DNA of 64,000 nt from Eledone cirrhosa (Eukaryota): the NCBI GenBank assembly GCA_964016885.1, contig OZ024743.1, positions 154,752,001 to 154,816,000 on the forward strand, read 5' to 3'. The notes beneath the pieces were generated by a model that had not been told where the DNA came from, did no database searches, and was given only the letters and a program-made list of their open reading frames with translations. Positions 12,317-24,726 of the stretch are shown in pieces; within the stretch, counting starts at the first letter, position 1, and each line of letters opens with the position of its first letter. Both the position numbers and the translations under genes were made by a program.

Positions 12317-13247
12317 TACTATTATGTTCCCTCCTATTGTATTGTAATGCCTATGCCATTTTGGCTTAGATGTGCAACGATAGACTATATATATATATTT
12401 ATATATGCATTTTTAATCGCTGTTCAATCGATTATAAAACTTGATTGCCAAATAAATTAACTATGGTGATATGAAAGATACAGAAGCGAAAGCCAGCTAA
12501 ACAGTGAGTGTGGTCTGTTATTATTTCTGGCAATATTACAACAATACGACCCTCCCCAAGTATAACAATATATATATATATATATATATAAAGCTAGGAA
12601 AATTAAGGGAGAGGACAAGACAACGAACGAAAATTCGGCAAAACGAAAAATATATTTTTAAGGGAAACCTTAGAATATTGCTTAAAAGACAACAACATAT
12701 AGACAAAAGAAAGAGAACTCCAAGGTCATCGGCCATTAAGGGGGGATTTCCGAAGTTTTGAAGCCTACCAGCAATATTGCTAACATACCCAGTGTCACAG
12801 CTTCTGAGACAAGCCAAACGTTGTCCAGTGGAGTAAGAGACAAAAGGTAGAATTTATGTGATCTCAGGTAAAAGTGTGGTGCTTCGTATAGCATGAGAGT
12901 CTCAAGAATGAAACAGAAAAGACGACAAGAAGAAAAGAAAGGAAAAATGCAGAAGAAAGTAAGATAGCGTATTGAGAAACTGTATGCCATTTACATTAAG
13001 AAAGAAGTGAAAAAACGCTCGTCTCAGATAATTAATGATAAACTTAGGAAAAATAACAGAGAGGACAAGACATCGAACGGAAAGAAGGCAAAATGATAAA
13101 CAACACTTTAAAAGGAACTTTAGAAATCGTTTTGTACAAAAATAAAATTACAAACAAAAGAAACAGAACTCCAGTGGCAACCGCCTTTGATTTGGACTTT
13201 GTTAGTTTCGACACCCATTGCCTTCGTTATAGCCTTCGTTATTGGAA

Positions 13248-13422
13248 TGGCAGTATCGGTAGAGGGTCAGACACCATGCTTTCCAGCATAGTTACGTCCC
13301 ATTACGATCTGAGTTCAAATCCCGCCGAGGTTGACTTTGCCTTTCATCCTTACGGGGTCGATACAATAAAGTACCAGTAATGCACTGGGTAATTTCTGGC
13401 CTTGTGCCTAAAGTAGAAACAG

Positions 13423-13424
<2 letters not shown>
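13248..13424 (+). mobile_element. tRNA-derived SINE ending in (TA)n
   Basis: Nearly identical to 15929-16100; A and B boxes present. Confidence 0.9.
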
Positions 13425-13464
<40 letters not shown>

Positions 13465-13807
13465 CGAAGGTAACGTGGTAAGGAACCAGGTGGACCATAA
13501 CGTACCAGAGTACTCAATACGTAGGGTAGTAGAGTGGGTAATAGGAAAAAGTTCAAGTATATATATATATATATATATATACGGGGTAACAAATAATAGT
13601 TATATCCAGTCCCGTTAGGTGTAGTCCAGTTATGGTATTCCGGGTAGGGGATGATATCAACGCTAGGCTTGGTTTGACTCAAAAAGGCGTATTCATAGTG
13701 ATGTTGCGAGTATGCTGTAATTTCTATGTTGTAAAAACTTGGAGTAATAATAAATCAGGAAAGAAGATTGACATGGTTTGCAATACAAATAAGGTTTTTA
13801 ATCTCAT

Positions 13808-13915
13808 TGCTGACAATTGTTTCTCTGAACTAGTAGGTCTAGAGATCGCTATTCGCTTGTTTCCACGTTACTTGATCGCCAATACAAAATTATAACCAGT
13901 CAGTTCTTCGGAGCA
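13808..13915 (-). ncRNA. Type I hammerhead, CCGAAGA core, long stem II insertion
   Basis: TGCT-CCGAAGA-a CTGA [about 70 nt] TCAG a-GAAA-CAATTG-TC-AGCA. Confidence 0.7.
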
Positions 13916-14752
13916 TGCGAGAATGAAGAGAATATACAGGCATGAATGGAATATACAGGCTACTATATGAAGTAGTAATGGCATTCAGTTAGAACAATAA
14001 CAACAATCACAACAATGCTAGTAATAAATTATTTGAGGAGACCCTGCCATTACATTAGGTGGGGGGTATAGTGTATCTAAGATTTTTCGGCGTGTAAAAC
14101 TAGCTGACATGAAGCAGAAGTATAAGTTTGGCATGTCGGAGGGTGTATTGTATCAATTTTAAAGATAAGCCGGTGTTTATCACCAAAATAGCTCAGGTGG
14201 CCGTAATGTTCAGTATTTATCTGACCGACGAAGTATTTATCACTGAGTAGAGTGTGTGTGGCCTACATTAGATGAGAATACAGTCTTTCTTTTCATCTTC
14301 AATAACATACATGTATGGGACAACAATGTCAAAGCTAAATAGTGGGCGAGTTAATATAGAGGTTAAGGAGGTAATATATATATATATATATACACATACA
14401 CACACACACTCATATATATACACACGCATGTGTACATAGACACATACATAATACATCAATATACACTCGTACAAATACATACATATATGCAAAGAGATAA
14501 ACATGCTGACTGTAATTATGGCAAAAGGAAGGTAAAGTTACATTGTAGTAGTGATTTGAGAAATTCTTGGATTTAGGATCAAGTGGTGGCAGCAGCTGAA
14601 AAGGAATAACTTTATGGATTGATGAGGTACTTACAGACATTTGTGTGGTAAAGACTTGTGAAGGCTAGAGTGTACTTAATGAGTATATTTCTGTGGTGAT
14701 TTATGCAGGGTAGTGGGTATCCTAGTTTAAAGCTATGTTGTGTTGGTTCGAT

Positions 14753-17130
14753 TCACGGAGGTTTGAATCTTATGAATTTAGTGGCAATTCTATGTCTGCA
14801 GAAGATAGATCTTTCTAACTTATTGTTAAGTAGCCTTTTTACACTTTTGCGGATATATACATTAGTTCTAAATCACATAGCCCGCAGCGGGACATACCTG
14901 TACTATAGGTTTTAACAGCCGACAACTTCGACCAGTTAATGCTGTTGTTAGTGCTGCTGTCCTTCAGTTCCCATATCTTTTTGGCGAGGGTTGTGGAAAC
15001 CATAAGTGCACGGTTTTTCATTGAGTTCCTGTGCACATACCATCTTTTTTTAAAAGAACCCGCGGTGGATCCTATGTAATTCCAGGTGGAGTTATCCGAG
15101 TTGACCGTGCACATGTATACTAGGCTCGAATCGAGACATCTGTTCGCCAATGGGCACCTATCTGGTAGGTGACAGTTACAGTTTGAGGCGCTATTTTGTG
15201 CAGCTTCTACACTCCTGTTTAGTGCTCTGTTATAAGTGGGTTGTGATATATGCCCGTTGGGGTTTTGCTCTTGCGCGTTTGTATGCGCTTGCGGTTGTGA
15301 TGTTGTGATGTGTTTATGCTTATAATTTGGTGCTACGTTATGCATAGGTGCGGTTGATTTACTAGAGATATTTCTGTGGTTGATCCTGCGTATGTATGAT
15401 TCTATATTTGCTGCTGTCGAGTATGAGAGTTTTATGGTAAATCTATTGAGTATTTTGTGATATCTATGTGAGATAGGGAAGTGTTTATCTATACGTTTAA
15501 AGAATGTCGAGGGCACTCTAGTTTTTATAGAGGAGTTGAAGATTGGGTTGAACCATAGGTATTTTCTTTGTCTGTTTCTTCTAGTGTTTGTTGGGTTTAC
15601 GTTATTAGTGTTTTGACCGTTTACTCCAGGTGCTATGTGCCTAACCCTATGTCTAGTCCAGCTATTTCTATTATTGTGTGAGCGGTTGGTGTAGTAGTTA
15701 CTAGGATTGTTTACGCTGTCTTTATTCACTATATACTGCAGTTTATCTTTATGACCGGCCCTACGTAATGCTGCATTATAATAGTCAGCATGTTCGTTAA
15801 AGATTTCTAGGTTAGAGGATAAGCGGGTAATTCGGAGGGATATACTACGTGCTATGGATCTAATTATGGATTTGGGGTGGTTTGAGTTGTAACTAATGTA
15901 GGCAAGACTTTCATTATTTTTGTGGAAAGGCAGTATCGGTAGAGGGTCGGACGCCATGCTTTCCAGCATAGTTACGTCCCTTTACGATCTGAGTTCAAAT
16001 CCCGCCGAGGTTGACTTTGCCTTTCATCCTTACGGGGTCGATAAAATAAAGTACCAGTAATGCACTGGGTAATGCTGGCCTTGTGCCTAAAGTAGAAACA
16101 ATTATTTTTGTGGAAAGGTTCTATTAATCCCGTATTTAGATTTAGAGTCACATCTAGAAAGTTTACCTTCCTATGGTTCAGTTCGTAGGTAATACTTAGG
16201 CCTAGTTTTTTTAAGAATATTCTAATATTTTTTCTTAGTCTTTCCATGCTCTGGTTGTTTAGGTTCCTAGCTATAAGTAGCGTGTCGTCCCTATAAATTT
16301 CTCCTTGGAGATTACTGAATTCCTTATGTAGGTTGTGTGCTATGAATAGCCCCACGATATCTGTGATTTGCGCAGAGTCATTTGATCCCATTGTTATATC
16401 GAAGCTATTTATCCTATCTTTTCTTACCCAGTAGCTATTTTCAAATTTTATGATAGTCCTTCTAGCCGCTATTATTATTTCAAATTCATCATGGGTAAGA
16501 TCAGAGTTATTTTGGGCAAATATAAGCGCCTTATCTAGGGTAGCTGGGGATAGGGATGCATAGTAGTCGTCTATATCAAATTGTATGAAGTTACACGTCT
16601 CTCTATTTTGTATTTTATTGAACCATTTAATTACCTCGTTAGTGTTGCCCCATAAATTGATTTCTAGTTTACCCTTTATTTGTGCGATTACCCTATCTAG
16701 AATGTTCTTACTAATTTTACCTATGTCTGACTTGGATGGGCATATTAATCTAATGGTGGGGTTAGATTCAAAATTATTTTTGTGATCCTTCAGGTTAAAT
16801 GTTGGGTTATACGGGGTTAGCGGTTCGGTCCTATCGGGAATTCCGAGTTTATTAACTATCTTGAGGCCCTCCACGTTAATGCTGGTGAGTGTAGATTCAT
16901 TTGTTTTTTTATATTTGTTATGTAGTTCAAGCTGGATAAAGCTATTGTATGTGTTAATGTCCATAGAGTATATGTTTGATGTTTTGTCTGCTTTTACTAT
17001 GATACCGTTAGTGTCTTTTAGTTTTATTAGTAGTGTATTTAAGTCATTTTGCAATTTGTTGTGAATTGTTCCTTTTTTAAATTTAGTTTCACTCATCATG
17101 TTCATAAGGTCCAGCTCGAAGGCATCGGGG
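14753..17130 (-). pseudogene. PLE reverse transcriptase + GIY-YIG endonuclease ORF (Naiad-type), split by a SINE
   Basis: ADKTSN, LKDHK..F..NP.IRLI, FDIDDYY, FDITMGS, YRDD, NFLDVTLNL, SNHP, WFNP, CNC..CPL..CL, LVY...YIGST, C..C, CRH; removing the SINE rejoins EPFHKNNESLAY; 1-nt frameshift near 14852. Confidence 0.92.
15929..16100 (+). mobile_element. tRNA-derived SINE inserted in the PLE RT, 16-18-bp TSD
   Basis: ATTATTTTTGTGGAAAGG at 15913-15930 and 16101-16118. Confidence 0.95.
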
Positions 17131-17132
17131 TA

Positions 17133-17760
17133 TATATATTGTCTTTAAAGCGTTGAATTGTCCGAGACCCTCAGTAGACAACTGATAAGGAAAACTTCCC
17201 TTCCCCGTTCTTGCTTTCATCTTGATTTGAAGCCTACCTCAAATAGCAACTACACAGCCTTTCTATTCATGTTTCGCTGTGACCCTCTCTCTCCTTCTAC
17301 CTGCCTATTTCGTTACTCTACTCTTCCACTTCTTTCTTCCTCCCCATTTCTCCCTCTCAATTTCACGCACTCTATCTTTCAGCCACCTCATTGTTTACCT
17401 TGCTTGATCCTCTAGCAGTCCTTTCTCACTTACACTCGCTGGCATCAGGTATCAGACGGGTTTTCTTTTGTCCACGCGCTTTAGAACTTACGTTGTGAAC
17501 TGGGATTTTCTTTCTTGAAGTTGCTCGGACATTCTCCGGTTGTTATTTTTTTCGCTTTTTTCTCTCTCTTCCCCCTTTTCCCCTTTTCCTTCTCCCCTCT
17601 CCTCAGTTTTCCCAATAACCTACATAGTTATTGAACGCTCTGTGGTAGATATATTGTCTTTAAGGCGTTGAAATATCCGAGACCCTCAATAGACAACTGA
17701 CGAGGAATCCCCCCCCCCTTGTTCTTGCTTTCTTCTTATCCTAAGCCTACCTACCTACCT
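17133..17760. repeat. Diverged direct repeat of about 120 bp (17133-17260 and 17649-17760)
   Basis: ATATTGTCTTTAA.GCGTTGAA.T.TCCGAGACCCTCA.TAGACAACTGA..AGGAA occurs twice. Confidence 0.75.
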
Positions 17761-17869
17761 ATATATATATATATATATATATATATACTTGTAATTTGTT
17801 GTGTGAATATTATGCATTATCATTTTTTTAATACATATAGTTTCAAATTTTATTTGCTGATAGCATACT

Positions 17870-17870
<1 letters not shown>

Positions 17871-17931
<61 letters not shown>
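17871..17931. repeat. (TAC)n microsatellite
   Basis: Directly visible. Confidence 0.95.
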
Positions 17932-17932
<1 letters not shown>

Positions 17933-18989
17933 TAGTACTACTGCTACTATTATTCTTGTATTGTTTTTACCTATGGTCATTTAAGTTTAATTTCGTCAAT
18001 GATACCTTACATCAATACGACATAAAAAGTGCTCTTCACAAGGTACCTGACAAGTTATAGATGATGAGGTGTGTTTGGCATATGAAACATTTCACATTGT
18101 CTACGAATATATGTGTGTGTGTGTGTGTGTGCGCGTGTGTGTGTGTGTGTGTGAGTGTCTCTATGTGTGTGTTTGTCTGTGTGTGTATGTGTCTGTATGT
18201 GGTTGACTGTGTGTGGTATGCGTGTGTATAAAGAACGTTTTCTCGAAGAATGAGTGGAAGAGCGAGTGTATTAGAATCCACATAATAAAGAGAGGAACAT
18301 AACGAAATAAAAGTTGTTAAAACAGGAAACTGCCTTCATTTACGGCGTTGGGTAAAATTTAAATGACGGACAGAAATCAGCGGCTAGAAATGTGTTGCCC
18401 AGTAGAGGTGTGTGGAAGATGGGAGCAAAGGAAGACAATGAATGAGATAAGATAACACAATAATCATCTCAGCTCTCATACCAGATGTAGTTTCGCACGA
18501 TTTAACATGAGACCATTACTTACAATTGCTGGCTCGTGCAATAGAAAATAAATATTTCTGCTGATATGAAATATGTAGGAGAAAACCACCAAAATAGTTA
18601 AACAGATAGATTGGAGAGAGAGATGTAGGATACGTTCGCTCGACACAAAGTCACCGCTAAAAAGGACAACAAGGCCGGGTACAGCGGAAATGTCGAAAGG
18701 TGAAAGAGACGGGTAGGCGGAGAGGGAACTAGAAGAAATTTAAATTTGACACAACGCCGACATTTTTGGTATTTTGCTTTTTTAACAGGTTTTCTTGCGT
18801 TGAGCTCATCTCACTAATCTATGAAAATGTATATTTATTTTCCAATTAGAATGAGTAAGTTTCCAGACCCAACGAAACTTCAGTACCTGTTTATATCACA
18901 GTTGTGACTATTTATATTACACTCCTCCTATGGACTGAGTGCTCTTACATTTGGATATTTCTACTAAACATTTGCCACAGTATATATAT

Positions 18990-19740
18990 ATATAATTCAG
19001 AAGAATCAAAGCTATGTTCAAAGCATTCACTTAAAATTGTTTCATCCAAACCTAGGCTTGGAGTCTTCGGAGAAATTTTCAATGTTTGTACACATAATCG
19101 ACCTCCTTTCCAACGCTAGAGACATACATATACATATATATATATATATATTGATGCACAGTGGATGTGACATATATTATACTATATTATTTCTGTATAG
19201 CAATTCAAATTCAAAATCAAATCAAAATTAAAATTAAAACAAAATTAAAACAAAATTAAAATACATTCGGCAGTTAACACAGATAATGAAAGAGGATAGT
19301 TTGTTAGTCAGATGTAGTAGTTAGTGTATGCGTTAGTTACACGTGGGGCATGCAAGTGTGTCCCATTTATATATGATTATTGTGTGGCAGGGTGTTACAT
19401 GTAATACAATCACTTTAAGCGGGTAAGTAAGAGTATTATTGTCGTTGTAGTGGTAAGGTAATGTTTTGTATATAATAAAAAAATATGTGTGCAGAAAAAT
19501 AAAAATAAACAGGAGAAGCAAAAGAAAGTTATGGTTTTCGTATACACCACTATTTCCACATTCAGGAAAAGTAAGAATAGTTTGTACACCCATCACATAA
19601 GTAACGATGATTCCGTATTGGATGTTTGATTCATTAAATTAAATTATTTTAGCTTATTGCGGCTCAATGTTATTACATTGAGCTATTTATCTTACTGGTA
19701 ATAAGGTAGTAATAAATTACTGACCTTCACTGTTTAGGGT
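18990..19740 (-). mobile_element. Family A pseudo-LTR with inverted terminal piece
   Basis: Homologous to 2485-3130; 19672-19740 is the reverse complement of 2375-2445. Confidence 0.65.
19028..19074 (-). ncRNA. Hammerhead motif, CCGAAGA core (diverged family A copy)
   Basis: CT-CCGAAGA-c TCCAAGCC ta GGTTTGGA t-GAAA-CAATTT-TA-AG. Confidence 0.6.
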
Positions 19741-19797
19741 TTAAAATATACATAACTATAGAAAGTTTTAGTATATACATAACAATAAATAGTATCA

Positions 19798-19868
<71 letters not shown>

Positions 19869-19878
19869 TTTGTAATCC

Positions 19879-19976
19879 CTCTTCAGATAAAAATACAAGG
19901 TTTGTTTTATAAATATTGACATATCCAGGAATGAGATCTTAACGGTTCATGTTTCTCCTGGAAAGTCCAGGTAAAT

Positions 19977-20037
<61 letters not shown>

Positions 20038-20139
20038 CATATATTTACCTGGACTATCCAGGTAAAACTTGAACCGTTAAGGTCTCATTCCTGGATATGT
20101 CAATATTTATAAAACAATCTTTGTATTTTATCTGATGAG
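19879..20139. repeat. Inverted repeat (arms about 103 bp) around a (TA)n(GT)n spacer
   Basis: 19879-19982 is the reverse complement of 20037-20139 with several mismatches. Confidence 0.9.
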
Positions 20140-20188
20140 TGCGTACCAAAGTGTTGGTACCCTTGAACTATATATATAATAGAATAAA
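20124..20188 (+). ncRNA. Degenerate type I hammerhead motif
   Basis: TTTTAT-CTGATGA-gtgc GTACCAA agtg TTGGTAC cctt-GAAC-TATATATA-TA-ATAGAA. Confidence 0.5.
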
Positions 20189-21071
20189 TATGGTTTTATA
20201 AATATAGTTTCCATTTATTAATATCATTGATATATATATATATTTTAAGAACAACATTATGAAAGATCCTGATGTTATACGACTCGTTTATTCATAATCA
20301 TTATTTCAACAGTTCTCATATGACAGCGAAGACGTAATGTTTGCATTCGTTGTTATTATAAGAACGGTATCTTCAGATGAAAAACCCGATTTTGTTTTAT
20401 GCCCCAGCCCACCGTCTTCTACAAGTGTACCCAGCTGACATAAAAGTTCATAAAGGGTCTACCCCAGCCGCTGTGTCTACAATTTGTTGAGCGAGGTGTT
20501 ATCTATGTGTCAATTAGTGAATCTGGTCTCATGTACCTACGACAGACTGTGGTCATAAATTACGAAGAGGATATTCTTTCAACTATGTGGTAGGACCTTC
20601 ACCAGCCATTAGTCAGTGCGTGGTTGAATTTCATCAGATAGCAGAAATAAATAAACGGAATATTGAGGGTGGACAATATAAGCAGTATGATGATAGTTAT
20701 AGTCAAGACAACAACAACAACAACATCGTCGACTATATCGCCTTTTCACCACTGTAGTCGTTTTGATAACAATAAACTATTAATAACAACAGCTACAACA
20801 ACATTAGACAGCCTATACAATTAACACCTAAGCTAAGCAGGGGGGGGGGCAACAACAGCAAAGTCAATAGCAATACATTTCAGTTACGTCATCGACAGTA
20901 GCAAGTTCACCGCTGTGGAATACTGGTATCGTAAAGAAAGTGCCATAGCAATAATATTAAAAATATTAAAGCTATTAAAGGAAATTAATGTTTCTCTTTG
21001 TTGAATATAAGTCACCAATTTTGTTGAGGTATATAAGTACCAATTTAGCAGAGAGGTTATATTTAGAGTGA

Positions 21072-22331
21072 TGTAATGTTGCAACGAGGAACCAGGTTTG
21101 GTAGAAAGATGTGATAGGAATATCGACAACGACTTTAGCTTGGTTTTACATTATTTATTAACAGAGGTTGAGCGGGCATGCCAAGAGAAATAAAACAAAT
21201 CAATTAAGATTACAAGAGAAAATACGGGCGATTGGCTGAAGGCGTTTGGCCAGGCTCGTAGGTAATGTTTTATCGTAACTTATTGTTTGCGCTGGCGGAG
21301 CAAAAGAATAAGCGGTTTTTACTTAGCATGGTCAAGCCTGGAAGTCATCTAGCCTGCAAGTGGTTGCGTCTTCAAATCTTTGCGGGCTATTTCTCCCTCA
21401 GAACGCGTAGGGATACATCCTCTTCTACTGGCGCTGATTGGCTGAGCTGAGCCAAATCACGTACAGAGAATATATGTGAGCCCGCGGAATGTAGGTCACT
21501 ACATCACCTACGAGCAGATTTTTAGCCGAAAATCGTCAACGATGAAGTCGAGGACCCACAGATTATTGAATCAGCAAGAACAAATGCTGAAAGAGCACAT
21601 CAGTGAAAAGAAAATTGAGGAGAAAGATGCATGCAAGAAAAGAAAAATGAGGCGCGACGGGCCGTGTTGAGCCGCTGTCAAATGACTAGCTGTTTTGTAG
21701 TTTACACGTGACCACCAAAGGTCTACCAGAAAACAGATAAAGTCTGACATGGGCGAAGTTGCTGTTCTTGCATTAAATGTTAATGGTAAGCGTTGTACCA
21801 GTAGCTCTTACGAAGCTATTATGGTAGTTTACCAGTGCTGGCGAGAAAATGAAGGCCTCCCAGATGTATTGCCGAATGTGCTGTGGTGCCAGGAAAAAAT
21901 GGCTTGTTGCTTTGATAAGGGAAAAAATAAGCAAGTTGAATCTGTAGGTGAGTTGCAGTTCGATGTAATACAGCAAAGAAGATGTGTGCGTGCGGTCAAT
22001 ATATAATGATAGAGAGAAATGAATTTTCATATGATACAGTCTAAAGAAAATAAATGTCCAAAATAAATGCCTGAACAAAAAAGGAAGAAAGAAAGAATTG
22101 TTGTTAAAGCAAAGTCACAATGAATCTTCTGTAGAGTCGAATTCGAGCGTTGATGAACCAAGCGTCACCGATATGGCAGCCACGTCTGACGCCATAATGG
22201 TGAGAAAACTAATGTCTTAATTTCTCGAGTCCTTGTGGTAACGAGACAGAAGGTATGGTGGCTGATTGGCTGAGCTGAGCCAAATCACGCACAGAGAATA
22301 TATGTGAGCCAGCGGAATGTAGGTAACTACA
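21072..22331 (-). mobile_element. LTR retrotransposon remnant (LTR 21072-21503 plus partial LTR 22260-22331)
   Basis: TGTAATG...CACTACA inverted termini on a 432-bp unit; the last 71 bp are repeated at 22261-22331; no TSD or coding motifs recognised. Confidence 0.5.
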
Positions 22332-22334
22332 CTA

Positions 22335-23908
22335 TCTTTATTAACAGCAGGGGTTGACATGAATTATAAATTAAGGACAGTACAGGATGATACAGGACAG
22401 TACAAATGGGAATTTCTGATGTGTAAAAAAAATAACAAAGGAAATGACAAAAAATAGCAAAAATAATTCCCCAATAGGGGGGAGATTTCCGAGGGACACT
22501 CGTGGTGAAAGCCCATTAAAAATTCCACGGGAACCCTGACCACCATGGCGAGTGCCCTCTCTCAGTTTTGCACCTCCAATTTACAGGCGCATACTAAGAG
22601 CAGGCCCATTCACTCGGACAATGCTTGCTTCTTTCACCTATCTTTCAACAAATTGCTGGGATGAGAGCACTTTCCTCTCCACCCTGATTTTCCTTTTCAA
22701 TTGAAAGGTTAATCAGGGCATCACCGAAGAGGTATATTTTCGTCTTTATCCCTTTCAAACGAGTCCACCACACGACCTTTTTCGCCATAGCTCACAAACA
22801 GATTAAAGCTGCCTGCACTTTGCGGCTAGAGAAACGCGTTGGGGCATTCCTCGCGATGGACTCAGATGATTTTCGGATCCGTCCTACATGCGACATCAGG
22901 TGTTGGACATAAACCCACGATCCAACAATGCTCGGAAACTGGACGAGTGTGTGCTGGGCGGTTTCTTCTCCCTGTGCGCATCTCGGACATGCTCGGCTGA
23001 TGGCATTTTAATGGATGTAGAGTTCATCACGAACTGGCAAAGCTCCCCTGTAGCACTGCCAGGCCAGTGATTTGTGGAAGTTGTCCGGCCCGAAAGTTCT
23101 CCCGAAGAAATTGGCCAGTTGATTTCGTAGGCACCCAGAGTCTTCCCAAGGAGGTCGACGTTCTTTCACTCCACTAACGCTCCAAAGAACGACTGCGTAG
23201 AGTTACCACCGATTGCATCGCCTGATTGGTTGTGAATGTAGGCACCTGAACACATTCAAGTCTCCAAGCGCTCCCTCTAGGTCTTCGCTTGACGCTTGAC
23301 TGCAGCTCCGTCAAGGAGACAAGCTGGGGGAAAACGTGACTATCAAACGGCGACCATACGTTATCACAATCGAGGAAGTGGAGGAGATGCCGTTGAATGA
23401 GCTTATGTCTGCTCATCATCAGCTACAGCAATCCCAGCCCTCCACGTAGCGTGTGTTGACAGCAAATTGACTGGCTGACCATCGGAGCGTGTCCCTTCCA
23501 CAAAAAGCATAATATTGAATGATTCAACGCATATGCTGACGCGGTTCTCCCGCATCCCAGTACGGGCGAGACCCCTATCAACACCTCCAGTATCTGCAGT
23601 AATAGCTCGAGAGCAAAAACAAAAAAAACAGCGACGAGATGGAACGTCTTCGTGGACCGAACACCTTAGGTTCAACGGTTCTGAAAGGTGAGCGTTTATT
23701 CGCACCACAGATCAGATGTCACAGCGCATAGCAGCAATCACTCTCTGATGACGGGAACAAAGCCGGACGCCCTCAGGACCTTGTCGATGGCCGGCCTTAT
23801 CGAAACCTTCCGACTGATCTAAATTGATGAAGGCCCCTCCCATGGCAGGTTCGTTAGCTACCCTCTTCACGATGTATCACATGAAGTGGAGGTTGTCGTG
23901 GATTGATT
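22335..23908 (-). mobile_element. 5'-truncated, decayed L1/Tx1-like LINE (RT and 3' end)
   Basis: Frameshifted RT motifs SIHDNLHF, GGAFINLDQS..FD, VRINAHLSEPLNLRCSV..GCP.SP, ISVCVES(AYADD-like region); 3' end with AATAAA at about 22337-22342. Confidence 0.7.
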
Positions 23909-24687
23909 TGTTTGTTCACTAATATTCTTAATATGTTTTTAATTGAGTGTGTAAATTACATTTCAATTGAATGTATGGTTTAGCTAGAACATCCGTGTAA
24001 TTGAGATTTTTTTGTCAATAACGCCAAAATCGGGGTTGCATTGATCGTTCAAAAACGTCCCGCGCTTTTAGAATTTGTTTCTTGCATGCTGTCTATTCAT
24101 TTTGTGACAAAAATAGAAGCAATTATTAAAGTTATTTATGATATATAGCAAATTTTTCATATATTCGATGTGTTACATATTGCCAAACCTCCACTATCCC
24201 TGCCATCCTGAATTCGGCTGCTATTTGCTGGCATGAGTAAAACCACTTTGATGCCAACCTTTTTAACTTTCACCCTGAATATAACTATATTTTCAATTTT
24301 ATTCCTACATGTATTCATCTTTCACCCTGAATTTTGCTGTTTGTAGCCCGTTTAAGTTCGATGGCCGCTTTTCCCCTTCACACTAAAATTTGGCTGCATT
24401 TTGAATTTTAAAATTCACTTACTTTCTTGGACACAGGGGTAGTTGCCATGAATGTAGAAACTATTGCATGAGGTTTGTACTCACTATGAACTTGACTAAG
24501 ACTATTATTTGTTTGACTTTTGTGAATAAAATGAACATTTTCGATTCATATTTCGCATTCCTTGTAACTTGTTTTGAAGTGTAATCCCATATATCACTCC
24601 ATTAGTCGTATGTATAACTAAATATTCTTTTTTGCCATACTTTCTGTGAAATTTATACTTCCTTCAATTAAAATATCAATAAAATGT

Positions 24688-24726
<39 letters not shown>

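Larger units (their letters stand above)
13582..17130 (-). mobile_element. 5'-truncated Penelope-like retroelement, Naiad-type
   Basis: RT+EN ORF, a 3' region of about 1.17 kb with an HHR, 3' end abutting (TA)n at 13581; 5' end at a short TA run near 17131. Confidence 0.85.

Noticed and set aside
11289-16100. A-box/B-box sequences as tRNA genes
   Set aside because: They are SINE heads with TSDs and no cloverleaf
15929-16100. ORF start MLESMASDPLPIL (15969) and ORF end CFYFRHK...RKGT (15972) as two separate genes
   Set aside because: Both are antisense SINE sequence interrupting one ORF
17138-17712. TTGTCT...AGACAA stem followed by CTGA(T/C)(A/G)AGG as a type II/III hammerhead
   Set aside because: No correctly placed GAAA or stem III in either copy
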